From the NCBI GenBank assembly GCA_945901265.1, contig CAMDJZ010000006.1, positions 1-61,136 on the forward strand: a DNA stretch of 61,136 bases. Direction: 5' to 3'. A program made the position numbers and the translations under genes. The notes under the pieces were generated by a model. The model was not told the origin of the DNA. It made no database searches and saw nothing but the letters and a program-made list of their open reading frames with translations. This DNA comes from Rickettsia typhi (GTDB lineage: Bacteria; Pseudomonadota; Alphaproteobacteria; Rickettsiales; UBA1997). This document shows positions 39,614-49,755 of the stretch, one piece after another (the first letter of the stretch is position 1; every line of letters starts with the position of its first letter).

Positions 39614-40012
39614 TTAGGGTTTAGTAATAATTGAAAAATGATTGCCACCAGCTCTTTTAATTTCTAGCATTGCCTGAGTTACTATGCCTTGCTTGGAATC
39701 CTCATCGCAAGCAAGTAAAATTATTTTTTCTTCATCATTTAAAAGCTTCTTTACCTCATCACCAAGATTTGTTAAATCTAAGGGGTTTTTATTAACATAA
39801 ATTAAGTTATCTTTAGTTATAGTAACTATTATGGTTTTTTCTTGTGAAATTTTTTCACTTTTACCTTTACTTAAATTAACACCAATCCCTTGGTAAACCT
39901 TCATTGATAATGATGAAATAATAAAAGTAACTAATAAAAAAAACATCACGTCGATCATAGGGATGATTTCAATTTTAGCTTTTTTATTAGCTCTTAATCT
40001 TTTAATTTTCAT
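39614..40012 (-). CDS. exbD: Biopolymer transporter ExbD
   Basis: 'IEIIPMIDVMFFLLVTF'. Confidence 0.93.
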   Translation of the reverse strand: MKIKRLRANKKAKIEIIPMIDVMFFLLVTFIISSLSMKVYQGIGVNLSKGKSEKISQEKTIIVTITKDNLIYVNKNPLDLTNLGDEVKKLLNDEEKIILLACDEDSKQGIVTQAMLEIKRAGGNHFSIITKP

Positions 40013-40014
40013 GA

Positions 40015-40644
40015 TTAATCCTTGTGATTACGATCAATTTTAATGTGATCAATTAGTTTAGTTGCTAATCTCTCCATCTCGTCAATAGTTTGGGATTGTT
40101 GTGCAGAAAAATAATTAAATGCAAAAAGAGCGATAATTGCGATTAGCAAACCAAAACCTGTGGCAATCAAACTTTCTGCAACACCAGCTGTAATTCCCCG
40201 GGCATTGGCAATATTATCAATGCCAATAATTTTAAAGGAAGACATCATGCCAATAATTGTTCCAATAAGTCCAAGTAAAGGAGAGGTGGTAATTATGGTT
40301 TCCAAAATCCACAAATTACTATTAAGTTTTTTTTCAATAATTTTAGCTTCATCGCCAGCTCTAGATTCTATCCACCAAATGGGAATTTTTTCGTTTTGCA
40401 TTTGAGCCTCTAGAATTGTTGAAAAAAATTTCCGATAGCAGTTTTCGCTAGCTAGTTTTTCTAAATTATCTTTTAACAATTGCCAATCAAATTTATATTT
40501 TTCAATTATATCAGTTAATTCTAGTGGAATTCTAACTAATTTCTGGTAAAAAAATATTTTATCAAAAGTGATTGCCAAGGCAATTATTGCAAGAATGGAA
40601 AGGGGAATCATCGTGATTCCACCTGCTTGAATTAAGTTAAGCAT
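40015..40644 (-). CDS. exbB: MotA/TolQ/ExbB proton channel protein
   Basis: 'SPLLGLIGTIIGMM..F', 'GVAESLIATGFGL.IAI'. Confidence 0.92.
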   Translation of the reverse strand: MLNLIQAGGITMIPLSILAIIALAITFDKIFFYQKLVRIPLELTDIIEKYKFDWQLLKDNLEKLASENCYRKFFSTILEAQMQNEKIPIWWIESRAGDEAKIIEKKLNSNLWILETIITTSPLLGLIGTIIGMMSSFKIIGIDNIANARGITAGVAESLIATGFGLLIAIIALFAFNYFSAQQSQTIDEMERLATKLIDHIKIDRNHKD

Positions 40645-40721
40645 TGTAGGTATATTTTAAATTATTTTTCTCAATTAGTTAATTTTATTTTAAATTTTAC
40701 GATTTTAATTTTATTGTTAAA

Positions 40722-42809
40722 CTAAAAATTTTTACTGATAATTAGGTAAAAAGTTCGACGAAGTCCATATTGTGAAGCATTCATGCCAATACCAGTTCCA
40801 TCATGCAAGCGATAAGTTCGATCAAAAATATTATTTACAGCAAAGCGAAAATTAATTTTATTAATTTCACGACTTGCAAAAATATTAAATATTGTATAGG
40901 CAGGCATACTTAGCGTTGAAGCTTCACCGCGACGCATTCCACTGCCAAAAAGCATATCACTTCCAAAAAGATTCTTATTTATTTTATAAGAAACTCCAGC
41001 AGAAGCTGTTATCTTTTGTTCATGATCAAGATGGACATAATTTTTTGAAATAAAATCAATTTCATTATTTTCTAGTAAATATTGACCTGAAATTATTTTA
41101 TGTGCGCGAGCCTTTTGATATGCAAGATTGCTATATGCTGAGAAATTATCTTTTTTATAATCAGCGGTAATTTCTAAGCCATAAATTTTAGCTTTTTTAA
41201 AATTATATTGTGAAAAAATTAATGCATTTCCAAATTGTCCTTCATCAAGCATATTTTTTACATCCTTATAATAACCTTCAATACCTAGGTTTAAAGACTT
41301 ATTTAATTTATGACTTAATCCTAAATCAAAAAAATTGCTTCGCTCTGATCTAAGCGTAGAGCTATTCATATTTTCACCTTGATTAGTGGTATTTGCAAAA
41401 ATTTGTGGATTACGATTATCAGCCAATTCAGCTTTTGGAGCTGTAAAATAGCGTGCAAATCCCCCATGAATTTTTGTTCGCGAATTAATCAAGTAAAGTG
41501 AGGTTAATCTTGGGCTGAGTTGTTTTTCATTAACAATTCCTTGCGCTTGATCGAAACGTAATCCCAAATTAAATGATAATTTTTTATTAGCTTTATATTC
41601 GTCCTGAGCGTATATGCTGTATAGTCTAGTATTGTTAGTTTTATTGTTATTAATTCGTAAAATATCTCCGGTTTTTTCGCCATCATCATTGGTTGCAAAA
41701 GTAAGATTATTACTAGAATTATTAAGTCGTGAATCACTAAAATAATATCCGAATCTTGCAATATTTTTAGCATTTAAACTTTTACTAAAATCACCTTGCA
41801 ATCCATAGGCAATACTCTGGCGATCAAGATTTGATGAGATTCCATTAAATGTCAATCCACCAACTTTATCTCCACGAAAATCTAATTGGCTATGACGAAC
41901 AAAACTCGATAATTGATAATCTATGCCTAAATCATTAAAACCTTGTAAAGATAAAATTGCAAAACGATTAGCTTCCTTTTGATTATCGTTAATATCGCGT
42001 GAATTAATTTGCTGAATTTCTGCAATTTGATGTTGCGGTTCTTGATTAGCAATAGTTGGAATTTGATAATGATTTGTAGCATTCGCAATCACGAAAGATA
42101 AGCGATTTTTTTGGTTTAATAATTTAGAAAAATAGCCAAAAACCTTATCTTGCTTGGTATCGTTATGTTTGGAATTCCTTGCGCTAGTAGGCGTTTCAAT
42201 ACCGCGATTATTTTGTAAATAAGATGCGCTTAAAAAATAATTTAAATTTTTGAAATTACCGCTTAATTGTTGATTAACTCCCAGATCATTATTGGTTCCA
42301 AGAAGCAATTCTGAATATCCACCTTTTTCAAGTTTAGAATTCTTTACCTGATCTTTAGTTTTGATTTCAACAACTCCAGCAGTTCGATAACCATATTGTG
42401 CAGGAAGCGATCCTGTTAATAAATTTATTGAATCTGCAAAGCGCACATCCAAAACCTGCCCAAAACCAGAAATACCTTCGGGAATTATTACGTCATTAAT
42501 GCGATATTGAATATTGCTGTGATCATTACGAACATGAATTTGACCAAAGCTATCGCTAGTAACGCCCGGAGCTCTTGCTAAAACTTGATTAATTGAAGTT
42601 GCTTCACCAAGTGGTAAATTTTGTAAAGCTTCTTCGTTGAAATTGTAAGAACTGCTTTGAGTTTTTGGTGAAAGATTATTGCGTGATTGATTAAGTTTTT
42701 CGGCAGTGATTTCATAATTAAGAGTTTCAGCAAATACTGAATTTGATCCTAGAATTAGAATAATAAAAAAGGCGTTAATTTTAAAAAAAATATTGCTAAT
42801 AAAACGCAT
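40722..42809 (-). CDS. TonB-dependent receptor
   Basis: Signal peptide, plug 'APGV..DSFGQIHVRNDH.NIQYRIND', barrel 'YAQDEY', 'VNNIFDRTY', C-terminal Phe; upstream of exbBD-tonB. Confidence 0.93.
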   Translation of the reverse strand: MRFISNIFFKINAFFIILILGSNSVFAETLNYEITAEKLNQSRNNLSPKTQSSSYNFNEEALQNLPLGEATSINQVLARAPGVTSDSFGQIHVRNDHSNIQYRINDVIIPEGISGFGQVLDVRFADSINLLTGSLPAQYGYRTAGVVEIKTKDQVKNSKLEKGGYSELLLGTNNDLGVNQQLSGNFKNLNYFLSASYLQNNRGIETPTSARNSKHNDTKQDKVFGYFSKLLNQKNRLSFVIANATNHYQIPTIANQEPQHQIAEIQQINSRDINDNQKEANRFAILSLQGFNDLGIDYQLSSFVRHSQLDFRGDKVGGLTFNGISSNLDRQSIAYGLQGDFSKSLNAKNIARFGYYFSDSRLNNSSNNLTFATNDDGEKTGDILRINNNKTNNTRLYSIYAQDEYKANKKLSFNLGLRFDQAQGIVNEKQLSPRLTSLYLINSRTKIHGGFARYFTAPKAELADNRNPQIFANTTNQGENMNSSTLRSERSNFFDLGLSHKLNKSLNLGIEGYYKDVKNMLDEGQFGNALIFSQYNFKKAKIYGLEITADYKKDNFSAYSNLAYQKARAHKIISGQYLLENNEIDFISKNYVHLDHEQKITASAGVSYKINKNLFGSDMLFGSGMRRGEASTLSMPAYTIFNIFASREINKINFRFAVNNIFDRTYRLHDGTGIGMNASQYGLRRTFYLIISKNF

Positions 42810-42848
42810 ATGGATTGGAAATTTAATTGCTTAAAATAGGTAAATTTG

Positions 42849-42892
42849 AAAAAAAATTACCAGAATTTAAAATTTATTTTTATAAAACTGGT
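42849..42892 (-). terminator. Imperfect hairpin plus U-tract between the leader ORF and the TBDR gene (candidate attenuator)
   Basis: Minus strand ACCAG-TTTTATAAAAATAAATTTTAAATT-CTGGT followed by AATTTTTTTT. Confidence 0.35.
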
Positions 42893-42930
42893 TCTAAAAT
42901 AACCGTGAATTAAAAATAAATTTTGTGAAT

Positions 42931-43404
42931 CTAAGCAAAGAAGGGGGGAGCGCGACTGGGTGAGGAGGAAGTTTTAGAAGGAAAGTTAAATAATTTTAAT
43001 TTTATTTCAAAAATTAAATTTACTAAAATAATCGCTATAAAAATAAGCGCAGAATTATTTATTTTTTTCTGGAAATTTGCAAAAAAACATAAATTACAAT
43101 TAATAAAATCATCTTTGTTAATTTGGACAATTTCCTCATCTAATGATGAAATTTCATTAGCAGAAAAATTCTGATTTTTTTTGTAATTATTTTGGTAGCT
43201 ATGTGAGCTTAGATGGGATATAGCAAGGCTTTGACAAATGATAAAAAAAGCCACGAACATCAATAAAGCAAAGTTAAAAACTTTGGATTTTCTGTCAAAA
43301 TTAATTTTATTTATAAAAAAATATAAATTGTTAATTTTAGATATTAGTTGTTGATATTTAATTGCTTTTAAATGCACTTGTTGGATGTTAAAAATTAAGG
43401 GCAA
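42931..43404 (-). CDS. DUF2946/CruR-like leader protein (His motif, CxxC, C-terminal RAPP)
   Basis: 'CQSLAISHLSSH...CNLC...SSPSRAPPFFA*' directly upstream of a TBDR. Start uncertain (alternative ATG at 43260). Confidence 0.78.
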   Translation of the reverse strand: MPLIFNIQQVHLKAIKYQQLISKINNLYFFINKINFDRKSKVFNFALLMFVAFFIICQSLAISHLSSHSYQNNYKKNQNFSANEISSLDEEIVQINKDDFINCNLCFFANFQKKINNSALIFIAIILVNLIFEIKLKLFNFPSKTSSSPSRAPPFFA

Positions 43405-43439
43405 AAATTAATTGTTGAAAAAAAATTGTCAATAAGATT

Positions 43440-44051
43440 TTAATTTGCAAATGGAAAGCTGAGAATTTTTCCTGAAATCATAATGGCATCAACAACTAGA
43501 GTAAGTGGACTTAAACTTGCTTTAGCAATTTTTTGTCCATTAGTTAAATCAAAATAAATACGAACATTATAAGGCGAACTTAATCTTGGCGTATAAGCAG
43601 TTACATCGGTTTTAGCCTGGTAGCGTTGACCATAAACTTTAAATTCTGTTGTAAATTTTTCTTTATTATCTATAAAGCCAAGTGATTTAAGGATTTTTAA
43701 GTCAGAGAAATTAATATTATCCTTGTCAATATAAATTGCCACTTTACCTGAAACGCTATTATTTGGAAATATTTTTAAAATAGTTTCGTCAGTATCGACA
43801 TATAATTTTTTACTATTTTTCCATAATAAGAGCTTTTTAATTAGACCTGAATCATCATTGAAAACATAGTGAAATTCATCATTTAAAAATACTACAAATT
43901 GCCCATCCTTGCTAATTAGAAAATAATAAAATGCTTCGCTATAAAAATTATCACCCCATAATTTTCTAGTATAAGTATCTTTACAAGAAGAGCCAATTAG
44001 AAGTAGCGGTATTACTAGAATTAAAATTATTTTCTTTAGTGAAAAAAGCAT
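43440..44051 (-). CDS. Hypothetical lipoprotein
   Basis: Signal peptide with lipobox-like LLIGSSC; hydrophobic C-terminal 'LSPLTLVVDA' helix. Confidence 0.7.
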   Translation of the reverse strand: MLFSLKKIILILVIPLLLIGSSCKDTYTRKLWGDNFYSEAFYYFLISKDGQFVVFLNDEFHYVFNDDSGLIKKLLLWKNSKKLYVDTDETILKIFPNNSVSGKVAIYIDKDNINFSDLKILKSLGFIDNKEKFTTEFKVYGQRYQAKTDVTAYTPRLSSPYNVRIYFDLTNGQKIAKASLSPLTLVVDAIMISGKILSFPFAN

Positions 44052-44189
44052 CGTAAAATTTTAATATTTGTCTAAAATTTTATTTTTTTTAATATACATA
44101 ATTAATTGTTTTTATTGATTTTAACTTGCTATAATCTAATTTTGAAATAAAAATTTACTAAGTGTTTTTTTAAATTAAATTTAAATCCT

Positions 44190-44987
44190 GTGCTTAATTT
44201 ACCAAAAATAATTATTTTTAATTTTGTTAGCAATCTTGGCAAATATTCTCGTCAGCAAATTGCTAAAATTGGCGAGATCGTAATCTTTGCTTCTCAAGCA
44301 ATAAGTAATTGTTTTTTAAGGCCATTTTATCTGCGATTAGTATTGGTACAAATGCTGCGCATTGGTTATTTTTCCTTACCAGTTGTTGGTTTAACGGCAA
44401 TATTTTCGGGAGCTGTTTTGGCGTTACAAAGCTATTCAGGATTTTCCAGATTTAATGCTGAAAGTACAATTGCTACGGTAGTGGTTTTATCAATCACCCG
44501 TGAACTTGGTCCGGTACTTGCTGGATTAATGGTTGCTGGAAGAGTGGGTGCATCAATTGCTGCTGAAATTGGTTTAATGCGCGTTACTGAGCAAATCGAT
44601 GCATTGCGAACTCTCTCAGCAAATCCTATAAAATATTTGGTTGTTCCTAGATTAATTGCCTCAGTGATTGTTTTGCCAATTTTAGTTTTAATTGCTGATA
44701 TAATTGGGGTAATGGGTGGATATTTGGTAAGCGTTCATTCCCTAGGTTTTTCGGCTGGTCCATATATCGCCAATACATTTAAATTTCTTGAAGTAATTGA
44801 TGTAGTTTCGGGTTTAGTTAAAGCTGGTTGTTTTGGTTTTTTAATTGCCGTGATGGGTTGCTATTATGGATATAATTCCGCAGGGGGAGCTCAAGGGGTT
44901 GGAGCTGCCACAACCAACGCAGTTGTGTCTTCATCGATCTTTATTTTGCTTTCCAATTACCTTATAACTTTTATATTTTTTGGATAA
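44190..44987 (+). CDS. mlaE: MlaE-family ABC permease
   Basis: 'RELGPVLAGLMVAGRVGASIAAEIG.MRVTEQIDAL', 'GGAQGVGAATTNAVV'. Confidence 0.94.
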   Translation: MLNLPKIIIFNFVSNLGKYSRQQIAKIGEIVIFASQAISNCFLRPFYLRLVLVQMLRIGYFSLPVVGLTAIFSGAVLALQSYSGFSRFNAESTIATVVVLSITRELGPVLAGLMVAGRVGASIAAEIGLMRVTEQIDALRTLSANPIKYLVVPRLIASVIVLPILVLIADIIGVMGGYLVSVHSLGFSAGPYIANTFKFLEVIDVVSGLVKAGCFGFLIAVMGCYYGYNSAGGAQGVGAATTNAVVSSSIFILLSNYLITFIFFG

Positions 44988-45057
44988 GAAAATTTGAAAT
45001 AAGGTTGATTGCAAATAAATCTTGAATCCTTATTGCAAAGAACAAAATCTCAGATTG

Positions 45058-46077
45058 TTAAGCAAAATTTTTTAAGAATCTAACATCGTTTTCAAATAGT
45101 AAGCGCAGATCATTAATGCCATATTTTAACATCGCCAAGCGTTCAATACCAATACCAAAAGCAAAGCCTTGAAATTTTTTACTATCAATTCCACAATTTT
45201 CTAGAACACTGGGATGAATCATCCCGCAACCTAAAATTTCCATAAATTTATCACCTTTGCCAATTTCAATTTTACCATTATTTGTGCTATAATTTATATC
45301 AACTTCTGCCGAAGGTTCAGTGAATGGAAAAAAACTAGAACGAAAACGTAATTGTAAATTTTTTACTGCAAAAAATTTTTCAAGAAAATATTCCAAGGTC
45401 CATTTGAGGTGACCCATAGTTACATTTTCATCTACAACAAAACCTTCAAATTGATGAAACATTGGCGAATGTGTTTGATCAAATTCACGTCGAAAAACTT
45501 TGCCAATTGCACCAACACGAAGTGGAGGAGTGCTTTCAAGCATTTTTCGAATTTGTGTATTGGAAGTATGAGTTCGAAGAAGTAATTGGGAATTATTTAA
45601 ATAAAAAGTATCTTGCATTTGGCGAGCTGGATGGTCTTTAGGAATATTTAGCGCACTGAAATTATGAAAATCATCTTCGATTTCTGGACCTTGCGCAAAT
45701 TCAAAATTTAATTCACTAAAAATTTTTTCAATATCAGCCATTACCCGATTTAAGGGATGAATCGAGCCTTGATTCTCATAGCGTGCAGGTAAGGTCATGT
45801 CAAGTTTTTCGCTACTTAATTTGGCATTTAATTCGGCATTTAGGAAGTGATTTTTTTTATCTTCGATTTTTAAATTTAATTGATCGCGCAATTGATTAAT
45901 TTGATTTCCAAAAGATTTTTTTTGATCACCTTCTAAATTTTTTAGATTGGCAAATAATTCTGTAACCAACCCTTTTTTACCTAAAAAATTAACTCTAATT
46001 TCATCAAGCTGTTGAGGATTTCGTACTTTTGCAAATTGTGAATTGAAATCTGATAAAATATTTTCTATATTAGTCAT
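45058..46077 (-). CDS. pheS: Phenylalanine--tRNA ligase alpha subunit
   Basis: HPARQMQDTFY, LRTHTS, HSPMFHQFEG, FFPFTEPSAE, GFAFGIGIERL. Confidence 0.97.
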   Translation of the reverse strand: MTNIENILSDFNSQFAKVRNPQQLDEIRVNFLGKKGLVTELFANLKNLEGDQKKSFGNQINQLRDQLNLKIEDKKNHFLNAELNAKLSSEKLDMTLPARYENQGSIHPLNRVMADIEKIFSELNFEFAQGPEIEDDFHNFSALNIPKDHPARQMQDTFYLNNSQLLLRTHTSNTQIRKMLESTPPLRVGAIGKVFRREFDQTHSPMFHQFEGFVVDENVTMGHLKWTLEYFLEKFFAVKNLQLRFRSSFFPFTEPSAEVDINYSTNNGKIEIGKGDKFMEILGCGMIHPSVLENCGIDSKKFQGFAFGIGIERLAMLKYGINDLRLLFENDVRFLKNFA

Positions 46078-46213
46078 GGCTGTTGTTAATTTTGATCTTT
46101 AATTTTATTAAAAATCATTAAACATTTTAAAAAAAATGAAGTCAAGTTTCGCATTATTATTAAAATGCTTAGCTAAAAATCTATAAAAAAATATTTAATA
46201 TATTGTCAAATTT

Positions 46214-46981
46214 ATGCAAATTAACTATTACGGCTCTTACTCTCTGTTAAAAAAAGAAGTGTTAAGATTTTTAAAAGTTTACCACCAAACTTTATTATCA
46301 CCGGTTGTAAATATAATTTTATTTTTAATGGTTTTTTCATTATCGGTTGGAGAGCATATTGAAAAAATTGGCGCGGTATCTTTTGCAGTATTTGTTTCAG
46401 CAGGGTTAATTATGATGTCCGCTCTACAAAATTCCTTCGCCAATTCCTCTTCTTCATTTGTAATGGGAAAAGTAATGGGTCATATTGTCGATTATTTAAT
46501 TCCACCGCTGGGAGCTTTGGAATTGCTATTTGCTTTTGGAATTGGAGCGATTGCGCGCGGTATTTGCGTAGCTCTGGTTTCGTATTTGGTAATTTTATTT
46601 TTCGTTCCATTAACAATTTTTAATTTTTACTATATGATGCTTTTCTTAATTTTAGGTTGTGCATTTCTTGGGATGATGGGAATTTTATGTGGAATTATTT
46701 CTGAAACATTTGACCAAATGTCAGCAATGACAAGTTATGTTATAACTCCGCTAACTTTCTTATCTGGAACTTTTTATTCAACAAATTCTTTACCGCAATT
46801 CTGGCAAAATTTTGCGCATGTCAATCCAATTTTTTATATGATTGATGGATTTCGTTATGGTTTAACAGGCTATAATGACAGTAATTTAAATATCGGAATT
46901 TGGTATCTAATAATATTAAATTTAATTCTTGCTAGCGTTTTATTTACAATGCTTAAACGTGGTTATAAGATAACCCATTAA
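46214..46981 (+). CDS. ABC-2 type transporter permease (YadH-like)
   Basis: 'KEVLRF.KVYHQT', 'ITPLTFLSGTFYS...LP', 'NPIFYMIDGFRYG'. Confidence 0.9.
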   Translation: MQINYYGSYSLLKKEVLRFLKVYHQTLLSPVVNIILFLMVFSLSVGEHIEKIGAVSFAVFVSAGLIMMSALQNSFANSSSSFVMGKVMGHIVDYLIPPLGALELLFAFGIGAIARGICVALVSYLVILFFVPLTIFNFYYMMLFLILGCAFLGMMGILCGIISETFDQMSAMTSYVITPLTFLSGTFYSTNSLPQFWQNFAHVNPIFYMIDGFRYGLTGYNDSNLNIGIWYLIILNLILASVLFTMLKRGYKITH

Positions 46982-47087
46982 TTTTATAAATAAAAAATAG
47001 TTGTTAAATAAATTACACTTTTTATATTTTAAGCAAACATTTATGTTTTTTTAATTTTTAATATAAACTCACACCATTTTGAGATCT

Positions 47088-48536
47088 ATGAAACACCACC
47101 ACCCTTGCTTATGCACGTCTAATAAAAATTCCGAAGATTTGCAACAAAATTTTATTGCAAATCAAACTTGCGATCAAGAATTGCATGACTTATCACTGGG
47201 CAAATCCCTAGGCAAATCAGCACCTCAAGAAGAGGTTATTAATCAAAAAAATAATGTAAATTTTATCGCCTCATCGCCAAATGATAGTTATAAAATTATT
47301 GAATTAAGAGCTGATAATAGATGTTTAGAATTGAGTAATAATTATTTTGAAATTGTGAATTACATGCGCTTAATTCGCTCGACAAATATTGGTCCATCTT
47401 TATTTTGGAGATTAATAAAAATATTTGGGGATGCCTCTACTGCAGTGTTGGAGGCTGATGATTTTTTTAAGAGTATAGGTTCAAAGAATAAAATTAAACT
47501 TGCAACGATTTCAGAAGTTGAAGATGAGTTTGCAAAAACTCAAAAATTTGGTGCAGAAATAATTATTGCAAGCGATCCACGTTATCCACAAATATTGCGA
47601 TCAATTTATGACGCTCCACCCTTACTAACAGTAAAAGGTGATTTGAGTTTTTTTAACAAGCCATCTGTAGCAATTATTGGGGCAAGAAATTGTTCATTTA
47701 GTGCTAGTAATATTGCCAAAAAAATTGCCGTTGAATTTGGGCAAAATTCAATCCTTACAATTTCAGGCCTTGCACGTGGAATTGATTGTGCAGTTCACGA
47801 AGCATCAATTCTAAGTGGTACAATCGCCGTAATAGCAGGTGGAATTGACAGTATTTATCCACTGGAAAATAAAAGACTTTATCAGCAAATTTCACAATAT
47901 GGTTTATTGGTTAGTGAAATGCCCTTTGGAACTCCTCCCAAAAGTAATTATTTTATCAAGCGTAACCGGATAATTTCCGGGTTAGCTCCTTCGCTAATTA
48001 TTGTTGAAGCTGGATTAAAATCGGGAAGTCTTGCTACTTCTAGATTTGCTCTTGAACAGGGCAGGGAAATCTATGCTTGTGCTGGTTCGCCTTTTGATCC
48101 AAGATGCGCTGGGGTTAATAAACTCGTTAAAGATGGTGCAATAATTATTACCGATCTTGATGAATTGGTAGCTGATGTCATTGAGAATAATCGTAACATG
48201 TTAACGCAAAATTCTGCAAACTTAAGTGAAGATTTATTGAATTTGCAATCGCCAAAAAAAAATTCTCCAGATATTCAAGATCAAAATATTCGAGATCAAA
48301 AAAATATAACTATAACAAAATTATCGCAATTAACTCAAACTGAAGATGATGAATTACAGCAAATTATCGAGATAATTATTGCAAAAATTAATCACCAAGC
48401 AATTTCTATCGATGAAATTATTGAGCATATACAAAAGCCAGTGAAGCTTATCAATGTTGCATTGATGCATCTTGAGCTGAATGGTCAAATTTCCATAAAT
48501 CACGGCAAGGTGAGAGGTGATAATTTACTAATATGA
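47088..48536 (+). CDS. dprA: DNA-processing protein DprA with an N-terminal extension
   Basis: 'VAIIGARN', 'ISGLARGID..H', 'KRNRIISGL', 'VEAGLKSGSL', C-terminal winged helix 'LMHLELNG'. Start uncertain. Confidence 0.93.
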   Translation: MKHHHPCLCTSNKNSEDLQQNFIANQTCDQELHDLSLGKSLGKSAPQEEVINQKNNVNFIASSPNDSYKIIELRADNRCLELSNNYFEIVNYMRLIRSTNIGPSLFWRLIKIFGDASTAVLEADDFFKSIGSKNKIKLATISEVEDEFAKTQKFGAEIIIASDPRYPQILRSIYDAPPLLTVKGDLSFFNKPSVAIIGARNCSFSASNIAKKIAVEFGQNSILTISGLARGIDCAVHEASILSGTIAVIAGGIDSIYPLENKRLYQQISQYGLLVSEMPFGTPPKSNYFIKRNRIISGLAPSLIIVEAGLKSGSLATSRFALEQGREIYACAGSPFDPRCAGVNKLVKDGAIIITDLDELVADVIENNRNMLTQNSANLSEDLLNLQSPKKNSPDIQDQNIRDQKNITITKLSQLTQTEDDELQQIIEIIIAKINHQAISIDEIIEHIQKPVKLINVALMHLELNGQISINHGKVRGDNLLI

Positions 48537-48665
48537 AAATAGCAATTGACTAAAATAATTATATTCAATCCCTGAAGTTTTTACCATTTTTTTGGCAAAT
48601 AAAAAATTATTAGCGTTGAATGAAAACGGTAAAATCATTTAAGAAGCTAGATGATATGTGTTTAA

Positions 48666-49748
48666 CTAAGTTAATTTTAATTCAGCAAGAGGCCATTTGG
48701 CTCGCGGCTTGAAGGTTAGCGGATCAATTGAATTAATTTTTAATTTTTCAATAGCTGCCCAAGCGATCATTAATGCATTATCCGTGCATAATTCTTTTTG
48801 AGGAATTAAAATTTTAAAATTATGTTTTATTGATAAATCTTTTAAATTATTAAAAATAAATTTATTACAAGCAACTCCACCTGTTATCACTAGTTTTAAA
48901 TTGCTTTTATTAATTTTAGTTATTTCGGGGCAATCATTAATAACATTTTCTAAACGATTGCAGAGTATCTCGCTAATAGTTCTTTGGAATGAAGCGCAGA
49001 GATCCGCCTTATCATTTATAGATATCTTTTTTGCTGAAGAAAAATGCGAAAATTCTTCATTGGTGATTTTTTCAATAGTTCTTCTCACCGCAGTTTTAAG
49101 TCCTGAAAATGAAAAATTAAATTGGTGATCATGATTTTTTTGATCAATTAATGGTCTTGGTAAAGGAAATTTTCTTTGTGTTGAAAGTAATGCTAGCTTT
49201 TCGATTTCAGGTCCTCCGGGGTATGGTAATCCAAGCATTTGTGCTACCTTATCAAAAGTTTCGCCTAATGCATCATCTATGGTTTCGCCAATTTTATAAA
49301 AATCATTTACACCATAACATAACAGAATTTGACAATGTCCACCTGAAACTAAAAGAACAAGAAAGGGAAAATCTACTTCTTTTTCAAGTCTTATTGCCAA
49401 GGCATGTCCTTGCAGATGATTAATTGCTAAAAAAGGTTTATCATAAATTGCGCATAAAGTTTTAGCGCTGGTCATTCCTACGATTAATCCACCAATTAAA
49501 CCTGGGCCAGAAGTACCTGCAAAAGCATCAATGTCGCTAAATTTTAATTTAGCTTGTTTTAATGACTCCAAGATTAAATGATCAATTACTTCAAGATGAG
49601 CTCTAGCGCTTAATTCAGGAATAACTCCACCAAATTGCTGATGAATATCAATTTGTGATTTTATTAAATGAGCAAAAATTTTTTTATCACTATCAACAAT
49701 TGCAACAGCACTTTCATCGCAAGAAGATTCAATTGCTAAAACTTTCAT
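48666..49748 (-). CDS. tsaD: tRNA threonylcarbamoyladenosine biosynthesis protein TsaD
   Basis: IESSCDE, GGVIPELSARAH, NHLQGH, LVSGGH, DDALGETFDK, CTDNALMIA. Confidence 0.96.
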   Translation of the reverse strand: MKVLAIESSCDESAVAIVDSDKKIFAHLIKSQIDIHQQFGGVIPELSARAHLEVIDHLILESLKQAKLKFSDIDAFAGTSGPGLIGGLIVGMTSAKTLCAIYDKPFLAINHLQGHALAIRLEKEVDFPFLVLLVSGGHCQILLCYGVNDFYKIGETIDDALGETFDKVAQMLGLPYPGGPEIEKLALLSTQRKFPLPRPLIDQKNHDHQFNFSFSGLKTAVRRTIEKITNEEFSHFSSAKKISINDKADLCASFQRTISEILCNRLENVINDCPEITKINKSNLKLVITGGVACNKFIFNNLKDLSIKHNFKILIPQKELCTDNALMIAWAAIEKLKINSIDPLTFKPRAKWPLAELKLT

Positions 49749-49755
49749 AATTTAG

